Translations under genes and position numbers: made by a program | In this document: one piece after another, positions 1 through 10,970 of the stretch | Layout of the letters: every line of letters starts with the position of its first letter | How positions within the stretch are numbered: position 1 is the stretch's first letter | Source of the DNA: Anthoceros angustus | Lineage: Eukaryota > Plantae > Anthocerotophyta | Assembly: GCA_010909165.1 (NCBI GenBank) | Contig: VJWM01000106.1 | Location: 372,001 to 436,000 of the forward strand | Direction: 5' to 3' | DNA length: 64,000 nucleotides | The notes under the pieces: generated by a model | Told to the model about the DNA's origin: nothing | Seen by the model: only the letters and a program-made list of their open reading frames with translations | Database searches by the model: none

Positions 1-156
1 TTATAAGTAGAGTACGTCCGTTCCGATATATTCAAAATAGGCCTCATGGCCAGACACATAACAACTTAGTACTGGAAGATCCGGCATGACAGCAACTCCA
101 AAGACAGCGCCCCCTACGACATACAGTGCACAGTAACACGAAAATGTTTTAGCCAG

Positions 157-1309
157 CTAAGGAAGTTCAGGGTCCGAAGATTCAACTACACACAAACCGG
201 CTACACTATCGGGAACTGAGGTCACGTTTCTAAGACGTTCTTTGTCTGCCTCTCCGAAAGTGTCAACATCCATCATCGCCTGGGCGTCATCGTCTTCCTT
301 CCCGTCAACTTCAGACGTTGAGTGCCATATAGCGTCCAGTGTCTGTTGCCCCTCATTGAGAGGGTCTCCAGTCCTTTCTTTCATTCTCTTCGACCCTAGG
401 GGCACAATTTGAGCCTTCCCAAAATCCTTCTCGCTCATGCAAACCTCCTTGGCCTAGAATTGAGATGGACCTCGACGATGCGGCTCGTGTGTCAGCTCCT
501 CCTCCGCATCCGGCAGTACTTCATATCCATGTACATGCTGTGGAATGAATTCTGCACATCTCTTGTCTGCCTCGATAGAAAGACAATTGCGGCCAGACAA
601 CAAGGCAGCCATCAAAGATGTACCGCTACCTGCACATGCATCCAATATCCATTCCCCTTCCTTGGAGAATGTCTTGATAAGCTTCATCATCAAACCTAAA
701 GGCCTGTAGGGTAGGGGCAGACAACAAGTTTGTCAAGTGAATGGTATACCAGCTTTTTCACAACAGTATGGTGGGCAATCACCGACCGACCATCATTGAA
801 AGTGCCCTGCAAAGCATTAGGTAACTTGACAGTCCGCTACAACTCGAGCTTTTCTTGAGATAGCTGACATACCCCACCGTATCGAACCCACCCTTGTCGT
901 TGTTGACATTTGTCTTGTCCCACACAAATGAAACAAGTCCACGCCTCTGGCACCACTTCCGCATAGGCTCCTGCACAATATGTGAATCTTCCACATCATG
1001 CATTATGATCATCCTGAACTGCTCGCATTTAGTTAAGTCATGGAAGGAATGCAAAACATTACCCACTTGCCAAGCATCAAACCTTCCATCCTTAGGGCCC
1101 TTGTCGAATCCACGTGGAACATCCATCACAAGCAAAGAGTACCTCCTCTTCCTCACAAAACCTCGCATATCCTGGACATCTCGAGCATGAATCGTCTGCA
1201 CTTTTTCTCCGTGGGTGGACGTGAATTTGATCCCTCTTCTATGTCCCTATCTGCGAGCTCCCATTGCTCATCCTTCAAGCCCTTCCATGTGTTGACCTCA
1301 TAAATAAAG
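157..1309 (-). pseudogene. Beta-class DNA amino-methyltransferase (N6_N4_Mtase-like), intron-containing, disrupted as assembled
   Basis: Motif IV-like YSLLVMDVPRG (DVPRG at 1109-1123), FVWDK, VVCPY-(frameshift ~705)-RPLGLMMKLIKTFSKEGE, SAM-binding motif I WILDACAGSGTS (616-651), then GRNCLSIEAD. Motif IV before motif I is the beta permutation. A GT..AG intron lies at ~808-872. An in-frame TAG at 454-456 precedes an acidic tail ending at 157. Confidence 0.8.
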
Positions 1310-1721
1310 CTGAAAGTTTTCAAGGTACAGTGAGGACTTCAATGTTTTTGTTGCACAAAAGCAGGTTGTTTGTCGATATTTTAATGGGAGAGGGACTTCA
1401 CGCATGCCCTCCCGCAATAGGCCTCCGGGTTCGGGCCCAGGTATGCGGCGCCTCCCTCGGGCTACCCCTCGGCGCCCCAACTTCCCACAATGGTGTAGGC
1501 GGCCGGCATCTCGGCGCCCCAAGCGAATATGGAAAACCGGGCGTAGGGAGGGAGGAAGGAAGAACAGCATAATATTTTAAGCGGCTAAATATACATCAAG
1601 CAACTTTTGACGTGAATATACGCGAAACGGGGTTTTCGATGGGCATTGAAATGCGTATTCAACCGCTGAAAACCCTAAACACGCCGTAAGTGACACACCT
1701 AGGCGCCGGCATGCCGGCGCC

Positions 1722-3519
1722 CAAGTCATGCCCAAAGGCTACGTGCCTTGGGCGCCTGCATGCGGCGTCCAGGATTCCATGGCCTTTGGCAATGAATGCT
1801 GGACGTCGGACAAATACCCTCCTTCTACTGAGAAACTACTTGAACCGTAATGGCTTCTCCGGACTGCTCAACATCGGTTAGACACCCTAGGCTAATGGCT
1901 AAGAAACCACCTGAACCGTGATGGCTTTTCCGGACTGGCTATTAAAAACAAGGAGCATGGGGGAGCATAAGGGCATGAAGAAGAAGAATGAGGGCATGAG
2001 GGCGCCGTCATTGCAACATATCATTTGTGCTTCCAATTACTTGCGTGCAAAAAAGTGAATGAAGTGGTAACACTCGAAAGTTATAAGCAAGAGGTGTTGG
2101 GTTCAAGTCTTCTTTCAAGGCGTCGAAAGTTATAAGCAAGAGGTCTTGGGTTCAAGTCTTCTTTCAAGGCGCCGGTATGCCCGCGCCATTTAAAGGGCCG
2201 GCATGAAATTACTAATGCCCTGAAATTCATGATCGCAAATTTTTGAATCGGAATGGTGAAGAGAGACATGACACGGCCAAGTTTCTTCCCTATTCTCGAG
2301 CTCCGTGTAGGCCACAACTATCTTTCTACGGAGGTCATAGCAATTGAATACGTTTTTTGTGCGTTGGACACCATCTTTGTGAGCGACCAAGGCTGCGTCG
2401 TGATCGTAAGTGTGAAAGGTGGTGTGTTTTTCTCATTCTCTTGCGGAAGCAAGCGGCGTGGCCTAATATATGTAAGTCATAATGTCATGGGTGCACGATA
2501 AGAGGTTGTAAGCCACGGTGTTAATGTGCACGGATCACAACTGCCGGATAAAACATAGGGTGCTAGCATATTGGCACCTTCATTGTTTCCTAAAGTTGGT
2601 AAAGTGGTAAACAACTCGGCTAAGAATCATAAGTCATGCCCAAAGGCTACGTGCCTTGGCAGATGCGCGTCCAAGATTCATGGCCTTTGGCAATGAATGC
2701 CGGACGTCGGACAAACACCTCCTTCTCGAGAAACTACCGAACTGTAATGGCTTCTCCGGACCGCCAACATCCTGTTAGACACCCTAGGCTAGTGGCTAAG
2801 AAACCACCGTGATGGCTTCTCCGGACCGGGCTATTAAAAACAAGGAGCATGGGGAGCATAAGGGCATGAAGAAGAAGAATGAGGGCATGAGGGCGCCATC
2901 ATAATATATCATTTGTGCTTCAATTACTTGCGTGCAAAAGTGAATGAAGTGGTAACACTCGAAGTTATAAGCAAGAGGTGTTGGGTTCAAGTCTTCTTTC
3001 AAGGCGTCGAAAGTTATAAGCAAGAGGTCTTGGGTTCAAGTCTTCTTTCAAAGCCTGTTCAACGCGCCATTTAAAGTAGCGACATGAAATTACTAATGCC
3101 ACAAATTCATGATCGCAAATTTTTGAATCGGAATGGTGAAGAGAGACATGACACGGCCAAGTTTCTTCCCTATTCTCGAGCTCCGTGTAGGCCACAACTA
3201 TCTTTCTACGGAGGTCATAGCAATTGAATACGTTTTTTGTGCGTTGGACACCATCTTTGTGAGCGACCAAGGCTGCGTCGTGATCGTAAGTGTGAAAGGT
3301 GGTGTGTTTTTTCTCATTCTCTTGCGGAAGCAAGCGACGCGTGGCCTAATATATGTAAGTCATAATGTCATGGGTGCACGATAAGAGGTTGTAAGCCCTG
3401 GTGTTAATGCGGATGCAGGCACACCGGCGCATAAGAGCATAGGGTGCTAGCATATTGGCACCTTCATTGTTTCCTAAAGTTGGTAAAGTGGTAAACAACT
3501 CGGCTAAGAATCATAAGTC
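1722..3519. repeat. Tandem duplication, ~0.9-kb unit (1722-2630 / 2631-3519), each copy containing an unknown minus-strand ORF and an internal 49-bp doublet
   Basis: Both copies start aagtcatgcccaaaggctacgtgcc and end ggctaagaatcat. The peptide VAHKDGVQRTKNVFNCYDLRRK occurs at 2190-2390 and 2965-3333. Confidence 0.9.
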
Positions 3520-3893
3520 GCGAGTTCGAGATCTAATTGTAGCCTTTATACTCGTTAAGTTGAGTTTCTTTTAGGGCGCCGGCATCCCGGCGCCCACACA
3601 CATGCGCCGTGCACCATACCTGGAGGCAAAATTTTGTCCAAACGGACCAAACCGCAATGAGGCAGTAACAAGACCCAAATGCGTAAACCGAGAACATTAA
3701 GAATCACGGGTTTTGGGACTATACGGTGAATCTGAAATTGGTCCAGGGTTTCTGAAAGCGGCTTCGTATACTCAGCCGCTTCAAATGTTATCGTGTTGAA
3801 GGGGTGGGCGCCGGCATGCCGGCGCTCTCTCCTTCCTCCTCCCTCCCTCTACCACATAAACTTCCAAAGAAACTAGCGAGTATGATAAATTAC

Positions 3894-4665
3894 CTTTCCC
3901 TCGAAAGCAGTCTAGAACCTGGCGACTACTTCGTCAGTAGCATATTGTGGGTACTCTTGTCTCACCATCTCAAAAGAGGAACATCCTAAGTGCTTCGCCA
4001 TGGCCACCTGGATGATACGCAGTTTCTTGCACAATATAATTTCATCTGACATACCCTTCAAATCCATGAGGCCTGTGAGAACTTTCTCTGTTGCACTAAT
4101 AAGCATTTGCTGCCTGCTCTCCCCTACTGGAATGCCTTGAAAGCAATGCCATGGCTTTGTCTGCATCTCCTTTGGCTTCACCAATACAACTTCAACTTCA
4201 AATTGTTTCGTGTGTTCCGCTGCCTTCCGTTTGCCTTTGCTCTTTTTGCTCATTCCTGCTGCCACATGTTTCTTCTGCTCCGGCAAGTCACAAGCCTCCC
4301 ACTTCGCAAAGATCTTGTCCACATTGTCCCATACCCTTCCTTCCAACTTCGCTATGCACAAGATGTGCGTCCTGTTGTTTACCTTGTTCTGGTTGTAGGC
4401 ATCATCTTCCCCTCCTTCATCGTCTTCGATAAGACCTAATACCTTATACATGTTGAACTTCCAATTCACGGACATATGCACGCCATCCCGCTTGGCTATT
4501 AGCAGTTCATCTCTGAGATATCTTACTTGCTCTATAAATGACATCTTCCGCCGTTTGTCCGACATGGTATTGCGATCAGTTGCCAAAACCCTCATCTCCT
4601 GTATGGTTAGCCCACAATACACATGTGCCTCTATTCATTTGAAACGCTCTTTCACTTGTGATATA
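3894..4665 (-). pseudogene. Fragment resembling the region just C-terminal to a eukaryotic ParB/Srx-like domain; possible upstream exon of the MTase gene
   Basis: ERFK*IEAHVYCGLTIQEMRVLATDRNTMSDKRRKMSFIEQVRYLR fits the pattern VY.GLT..E...LA..(H)N....MSF.(D/E).V...R. In-frame stops at 4635-4637 and 3912-3914. Splice donor AAG|GTAATT at ~3893. The 5' end is missing. Confidence 0.45.
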
Positions 4666-4667
4666 TG

Positions 4668-5206
4668 AGGGAAGTTCCTCAAAAGGATATGTATTTGGGA
4701 GCTCACCAGAATGCAGGTCGACAACAACAAGAAATAGAGATGTGAAAGAGGTAAGGAAGGGTATGTTCATTGCAACTCCATGCTCAAGAGATACACATAA
4801 CAGGGCTTTCTGGATTGGGAAGGTGGAAAGCGTAGACTTCGATTGTGCGAACCCATTTCTTATGGTCCACTAGTATAGGACTGAGCACACTCATGCATTT
4901 GAAGGGAAATATGTTGAGGAGTTCTTTGTTAGAGGACGGATAATCGGCGATGTGAAATGGGAAGAGAGTGGAAAAGAGAAATTTACCCAAAAACATTCGA
5001 AACTATTTGTGGATAAGACTATTATTCTCTATTATGGGTTCAACCTCAATGCAAGAAAGCACCTTTACGCTTCCGACAAGAAGGCTATTCGAGATAGAAT
5101 GAATCAGCTTCAACCTTATCTGCAGCCTGGAGAGGAGGACAGCGACCAGGAAGTGGATGACGGAGGTCCTTTGGTTGACGAAGGAATTCAGTATAGCGAA
5201 GACTAG
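4668..5206 (+). pseudogene. 5'-truncated C-terminus of a putative transposase/transposon protein (SH3/Tudor-like tail)
   Basis: One frame reads KGMFIAT...AFWIGKVESV...LMVH*YRT..GKY...IILYYGFNLN..KHL, with TAG at the expected Trp (4871-4873) and an acidic tail to the stop at 5206. No DDE core remains. Confidence 0.4.
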
Positions 5207-7059
5207 AGATTTGCGGTTTCTATGTTCATGATAGAGTCAGCGTATGTTGGGTTGCTAGTTTCATACTTAGCCGGCAATTAGTAGTTAGGTTGGCTGTGCA
5301 CTCCTCACACGTTTGGACATCGCCATCTAACGGTTCGGGTCCATGCTTGTCGTGTTCTACGGTTGTATTGCGGATGTACGGTGGAGGCGCGGGCATGCGC
5401 CTCCATTGACACCTACCCCGCAGTTCACTCCTCATATGTTTGAGCGTTTGTCGAAGGGGCTGCATTTCGGGTCCATGCGTCCTAGTTCTCTCAAGGTAAG
5501 TCACTTGTTTCTACTATTTGTAGAAGATATAAGCGATGGGCGCGGCATGCGGCGCTCTCTCCTCCTCCTCCCTCCTCTACCATAAACTTCCAAAGAAACT
5601 AGCGAGTATGATAAATTACCTTTCCTCGGCGATCTAGAACACAGCGACTACTTCGTGAGCATAATGGTACTCTTGTCTCACCATCTCAAAAGAGGAACAT
5701 CCTAAGTGCTTATATGGCCACACTGGATGATCACGGTTTCTTGCACAATATAATTTCATCGACATACCCTTCAAATCCATGAGGCTGTGAGAACTTTCTA
5801 CATTGCACTAATAAGCATTTCTTGCTCTCCCCTCTTGGAATGCCTTGAAAGCAATGCCATGGCTTTATACCATCTCCTTTGGCTTCACCAATACAACTTC
5901 AACTTCAAATTGTTTCGTGTGTTCGCCTTAGTTTGCCTTTGCTCTTTTTGCTCATTCTCACATGTTTCTTACGCTCCGGCAAGTCACAAACCTCCCGCAA
6001 AGATCTTGTCCACATTGTCCCATACCCTTCCTTCCAACCCGCTATGCACAAGATGTGCGTCCTGTTGTTACCTTGTTGGTTGTAGGCATCATCTTCCCTC
6101 CTTCATCGCCGTCTTGATAAGACCTAATACCTTATACATGTTGAACTTCCAATTACGGACATATGCACGCCATCCCGCTTGGCTATTAGCGGTTCATCTA
6201 CGAGATATCTTACTTGCTCTATAAATGACATCTTCCGCGTTTGTCCGACATGGTATGCGATCGTTGCCAAAACCCTCATCTCTGTATGGTTAGCCCACAA
6301 TACACATGTGCCTCTATTCATTTGAAACTCTTTCACTTGTGATATATGAGGAAGTTCCTCAAAAGGATATGTATTTGGGAGCTCACGGAATGCGGTCGAC
6401 AACAACAAGAAATAGAGATGTGAAAGAGGTAAGGAAGGGTATGTTCATTGCAACTCCATGCTCAAGAGATACACATAACAGGGCTTTCTGGATTGGGAAG
6501 GTGGAAAGCGTAGACTTCGATTGTGCGAACCCATTTCTTATGGTCCACTAGTATAGGACTGAGCACACTCATGCATTTGAAGGGAAATATGTTGAGGAGT
6601 TCTTTGTTAGAGGACCAGATAATCGACGATCGCGAAATGGGAAGAGAGTGGAAAAGAGAAATTTACCCAAAAACATTCAGAAACTATTTGTGGATAAGAC
6701 TATTATTCTCTATTATGGGTTCAACCTCAATGCAAGCACCTTCGCTTCCGACAAGAAGGCTATTCGAGATAGAATGAATCGACTTCAACCTTATCTGCGG
6801 CACGGAGAGGAGGCGACTGAGAAGTGGATGACGGAGGTCCTTTGGTTGTGAAGGTGTATAAGCGAAGACTAAGTTTGCGGTTTCTATGTTCATGATAGAG
6901 TCAGCGTATGTTGGGTTGCTAGTTTCATACTTAGCCGGCAATTAGTAGTTAGGTTGGCTGTGCACTCCTCACACGTTTGGACATCGCTATCTAACGAAGG
7001 CGTTTACCGGGTCCATGCTTGTACGTGTTCTACCAGTTGTATTGCAGATGTACAGTGGA

Positions 7060-7740
7060 GGCGCGGGCATGCCGGCGCCTCCATTGACACCTACCCCGCA
7101 CAGTTCACTCCTCATATGTTTGAACGTTTGTCAGAAGGGACGGCATTTCGCGGGTCCATGCGTCCACTAGTTCTCTCCAAGGTAAGTCACTTGTTTCTAC
7201 TATTTGTAGAAGATATAAGCGATGGGCGCCCGGCATGCCTCCATTGACACCTACCCGCAGTTCACTCCTCATATGTTTGAGCGTTTGTCGGAAGGGACGG
7301 CATTTCGGGTCCATCGTCCACTAGTTCTCTCAAGGTAAGTCACTTGTTTCTACTATTTGTAGAAGATATAAGCGATGGGCGCCCGGCATGCGCCTCCATT
7401 GACACCTACCCGCAGTTCACTCCTCATATGTTTGAGCGTTTATCGGAAGGGACGGCATTTCGCGGGTCCATGCGTCCACTAGTTCTCTCCAAGGTAAGTC
7501 ACTTGTTTCTACTATTTGTAGAAGATATAAACAGTGGAGGCGCCGGCATGCAGGCGCCTCCATTGACAATACCTACGCCGCACAGTTCGCTCCTCATATG
7601 TTTGAACGTTTGTCAGAAGGGACGGCATTTCGCGGGTCCATGCGTCCACTAGTTCTCTCCAAGGTAAGTCACATGTTTCTACCGTTTGTAGAAGATATAA
7701 ACAGTGGAGGCGTCGGCATGCCGGCGCCTCCATTGACAAC
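7060..7740. repeat. Tandem array, ~150-170-bp unit, ~4 copies, each with a GC palindrome
   Basis: ggtaagtcac recurs at 7181, 7334, 7493 and 7663. A further copy lies at ~5385-5545. Confidence 0.9.
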
Positions 7741-8454
7741 AGAGGCACCGGCATGTGGCCGCAACTTCACATCACTGTCTTTGTCAGAATGTTGTTCCGC
7801 CAGTAGGAAGGCGTATGGCGTGGACATGCTGGCGTCATATTATACATAGTGTGTCACAATTTAAAACATTGCCACCCATGACAACATTTTCAATCTCCTG
7901 TCTCTTCTGGAGATTTTTGTTCCCCTTGCCAATCTGTTTTCCCTTTGATAGCACTAATCCATGAAGAAAGTGGGACTCGATAAGTACAAAACACACACCA
8001 CAGGCATGCAAACGGTAATTGCATTCCATGATTTTGGGAAGATGGAAACAGGGACTCGCACCGCTGCATGTTGAATTTCCATTGTCATCTCCAATACTTA
8101 TTACACCCCCCTCAAAACCGTTTTTCCAAAACCATATACCCTTTATGTCTTGAATGAATAGCAAAGGCCTATCCGTGGCCTCTTACCGCTGTCAGAGTGT
8201 CATGTATGGGCATTATTTCAAGGTAAATGTGTGCCTCACTGAGGGCATCCTTTTCAGCCCAACTCATGGCATGTTCGGCTTCCTACACACACAGAACCGT
8301 ACTTTTAAAACATTTTTGTGGCGGGGAGCAGGCGTTTCGTGCCCATGTTCCCGCCGGTTACCAGTATATTCATTGGAAAAGCCGCTTCCTGTTTATTCCG
8401 ACGGTATGAATATTATGGTGTTCCATGGATGGGGAGGGCACATACGCACGTGTA

Positions 8455-9972
8455 TCTCGGTTTAGCGGTAGGCTTGGAACACTGACTTTGAGGGATTTCA
8501 AGGTGTATTATGGGAGTGTGGTCTCTAAAATGCGCTTGAAGCATGGTAGCAATTTCACCATGCATTATGCTTTTGAGCAGCTGGCAAGGTGGCTGGCTGA
8601 TGAAGCGCTGGATGTCTTTAGGATACACTTGGCTACTTTGCTGGCAACAGTGTCCTCGACTAACCCAGCATTTGCAGTAGCCATAGCCAATGTTCAAGCC
8701 TCGGTATTGCGATGCGATTCGTGACAGAGGCAAGGACCACGACGGTGACCTTGACTACAACAGGGCTAGCTGCAACCACAACTGGTGTCCCATCTACCTT
8801 GTCAACAGCTGCATTCCCAGACCCAGTGGCTACATTCTTTGCCATGCTGGAGAAGGAGTTCCGAGCAAAGAGCACCGACAAAATCAGGTCATTGATCAAG
8901 TTCGAACGCCTGAAGGAGGAGATGATGCAGATGATGTACCACCGCATCCAGCAGCTTAGGGAAGATACCAAGAGCATCACAGACAATGAGGATGCAGCTA
9001 AGTTTCTGGGTGCCCTAGAGTCTGAGCCATTCCTGCATTTCCAGATCTTGCAGTCAGTATTCGACAAGTTTGGAGACGAGTACACCCTTGATCAGGTGTA
9101 CTCAGTGGCAGGGAAACTGGACGTGGCAAATGCTCGCTATGCTGCCAATTCAGAGAAGGCCTATGAGTAATACAAGAACAATCTGCAGAATTTTCGATGT
9201 GCTCCAGCCAAAGTAAAGAAGCCAGCTAGTGGGACAACCAAGGTTGCATCAACAGCTGAACTAGGGGCAGCTTGCAACTTTTGTGGTGCTACAGATCACT
9301 ATGCTCCAGATTGCAAGGTGCAGTGGCACACGCTCACTTGCGTCACTTGCAACAAGATAGGTCATGTGGCTTCTATGTGCTTTGTGAGTCATCCAGAGAG
9401 GAAGAACATGAAGGTTCCCAGCAACTCTAAAGGATCTAGGCACCAGCGATGCCACAGCGGCTGCAACAGGAACACCGGGGACCACAGCAGATGCTCCTAA
9501 TGTGAATGACAAAGCTCAACAACGCCGGGACAAGAACAAGCAAAGGCGAGAGGTAGCCAAGGCTGATAAGGAAAAATTGACGGCAGAATTGGCTAAGGTG
9601 GCTGCAATGTCCGCTGAGTTGAAAGCTTTGAAAACCAAGATGAATGTCATCATGGCTATGGGGTCAGGACCTCGTTCCAATATGAGTGCAACATCACCTG
9701 GAATAGCTAGCACTTTTGGGAGTAACGTAGCCCACGCACCTGATTATGGGTTTCCATACCATGCATATGCTGGAGCTTGGTCTCAAGTACCGGGAATTCA
9801 AGCCATGCCATCAGCCAACGCCCAGGTCATGAACTTGGTGGTTTGTTGGAGTGGCGCAGAGGTTTCCAAAGATGCTATTGTAGTGGGAAGAGTGACAAGG
9901 TCTTCACGTAACTCAGCCGATGTTGAAGCAGCTCCCAAGACAAGGTATGCACGTACGGCCATGCTGAAATGA
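8455..9972 (+). mobile_element. Degenerate LTR-retrotransposon gag (probably Ty3/gypsy-like)
   Basis: Two CX2CX4HX4C knuckles, CNFCGATDHYAPDC (~9273) and CVTCNKIGHVASMC (~9339), after a helical gag-like region. Frameshifts and stops present; no pol or LTR seen. Confidence 0.7.
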
Positions 9973-10029
9973 TTTGTGCAACTCAATGCAGAGGAAATAT
10001 ATGGAATATCCAGCTTTGCTCAGACTCCC

Positions 10030-10970
10030 TCCATTCATCCCACGAGTTACAGGCCCCGAGTCAAGGATGCCAGTTAGTCAGCTAGCTGAGCTGAGGAGAA
10101 CCCCTGCAAGAGACTCTCGAGTATGTCCAGTCAGGATGCTAGGACAAGACTCAATGGCAATTTCCGTCTTTGCAGGCTCCAGTCTGTGGCTTCCTCCCTC
10201 CTTACTTGCGAGTGCGGCTCTGCCCTCGATGACTCTGGGGTATACCTTGCTCGTTATCCCCATGGTGCATGGGGGTCATCGCATCGCCACCCACGACGCT
10301 ATCCACAATGTCTTGTTTGGCCTAGCTCACGAAAGCAGCTACATGGTTTGGAGGGGGTGGGGTGTATACACTCTTCGTACAGGTCGCTCAATCACGGGTG
10401 ACTTGTATGTTGTTCGTGGCGACCAGGTTTCGGTGGCGGATGTGGTGGTTACCGTCCTCACGCACACCACCATCCCTGCTCGGGTCATCACCAACTTCCC
10501 AGGTTGGGATGCTGCTGAGCAGCAGCTCTCAAGGTCAGGAAGTACAGTGGGATGCAAGCAGGTCACCTCTTTATTCCGCTTGCAGTTGAAACGTATGGAG
10601 CGATGGCCGAGGACTTCGATAAATTTCTAATGTCCTGCACCAAAGCTTAGTTCTCTGTCTCTGAAGTATGCTGTGAAGTAGACAGGGCTGTCTCTTTCTT
10701 ACTTCACGACATACTTCAGACAACGAGTTTCACTTGCCCTCCAAAGGGCCCTCTCGACGGCGATTCTTCACAAGGCGGCGGCCGCAGGTGACGCTTCTTC
10801 CTCTTCCTTTGTAGTTTGCAGGCCATGTGTTCTTCATGCATAGGATGTTCTGGGAGCAGTAGGTGACTATAGGTAGGGAGCTTAGTCGCTCCTTTTCACC
10901 TTGACCCTCAAGGCCCTCTTTTGTTGTCCTTTGCTGGATGGGCTTTTCCCATCATTTTCTCCCCTTTATA
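10030..10970 (+). mobile_element. 3' fragment of an RLE-type non-LTR retrotransposon (CRE-like)
   Basis: Across frameshifts: CECGSALDDSG..GGHRIATHDAI (zinc knuckle), GDLYV..VADVVVT (restriction-like endonuclease), FIPLAVETYGA and RVSLALQRA, then a T-rich 3' UTR. Confidence 0.75.

Larger units (their letters stand above)
3826..7230. repeat. Tandem duplication, ~1.7-kb unit (3826-5545 / 5553-7230); the second copy has many small deletions
   Basis: Both copies start ...cataaacttccaaagaaactagcgag. The peptide RNRDVKEVRKGMFIATPC appears at ~4730 and ~6410. Confidence 0.9.
1..8455. mobile_element. Rearranged, internally deleted DNA-transposon-like region (MTase + ParB-like fragment + transposase-like tail); left end outside window, right end approximate
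   Basis: Disrupted ORFs, internal tandem duplications, a palindrome shared across the region, a subterminal-like tandem array at 7060-7740, and an abrupt switch into gag-like coding at ~8455. No TIR pair is visible. Confidence 0.55.

Noticed and set aside
157-1309. Bacterial contamination or a restriction-modification operon
   Set aside because: Spliceosomal intron, eukaryotic TE neighbours, contiguity with plant genes, and no endonuclease partner.
7060-7740. CRISPR-like array (palindromic repeats); also 44167-44298, 44858-44964 and 28370-29030
   Set aside because: Whole units repeat with no unique spacers, there are no cas genes, and the context is eukaryotic.
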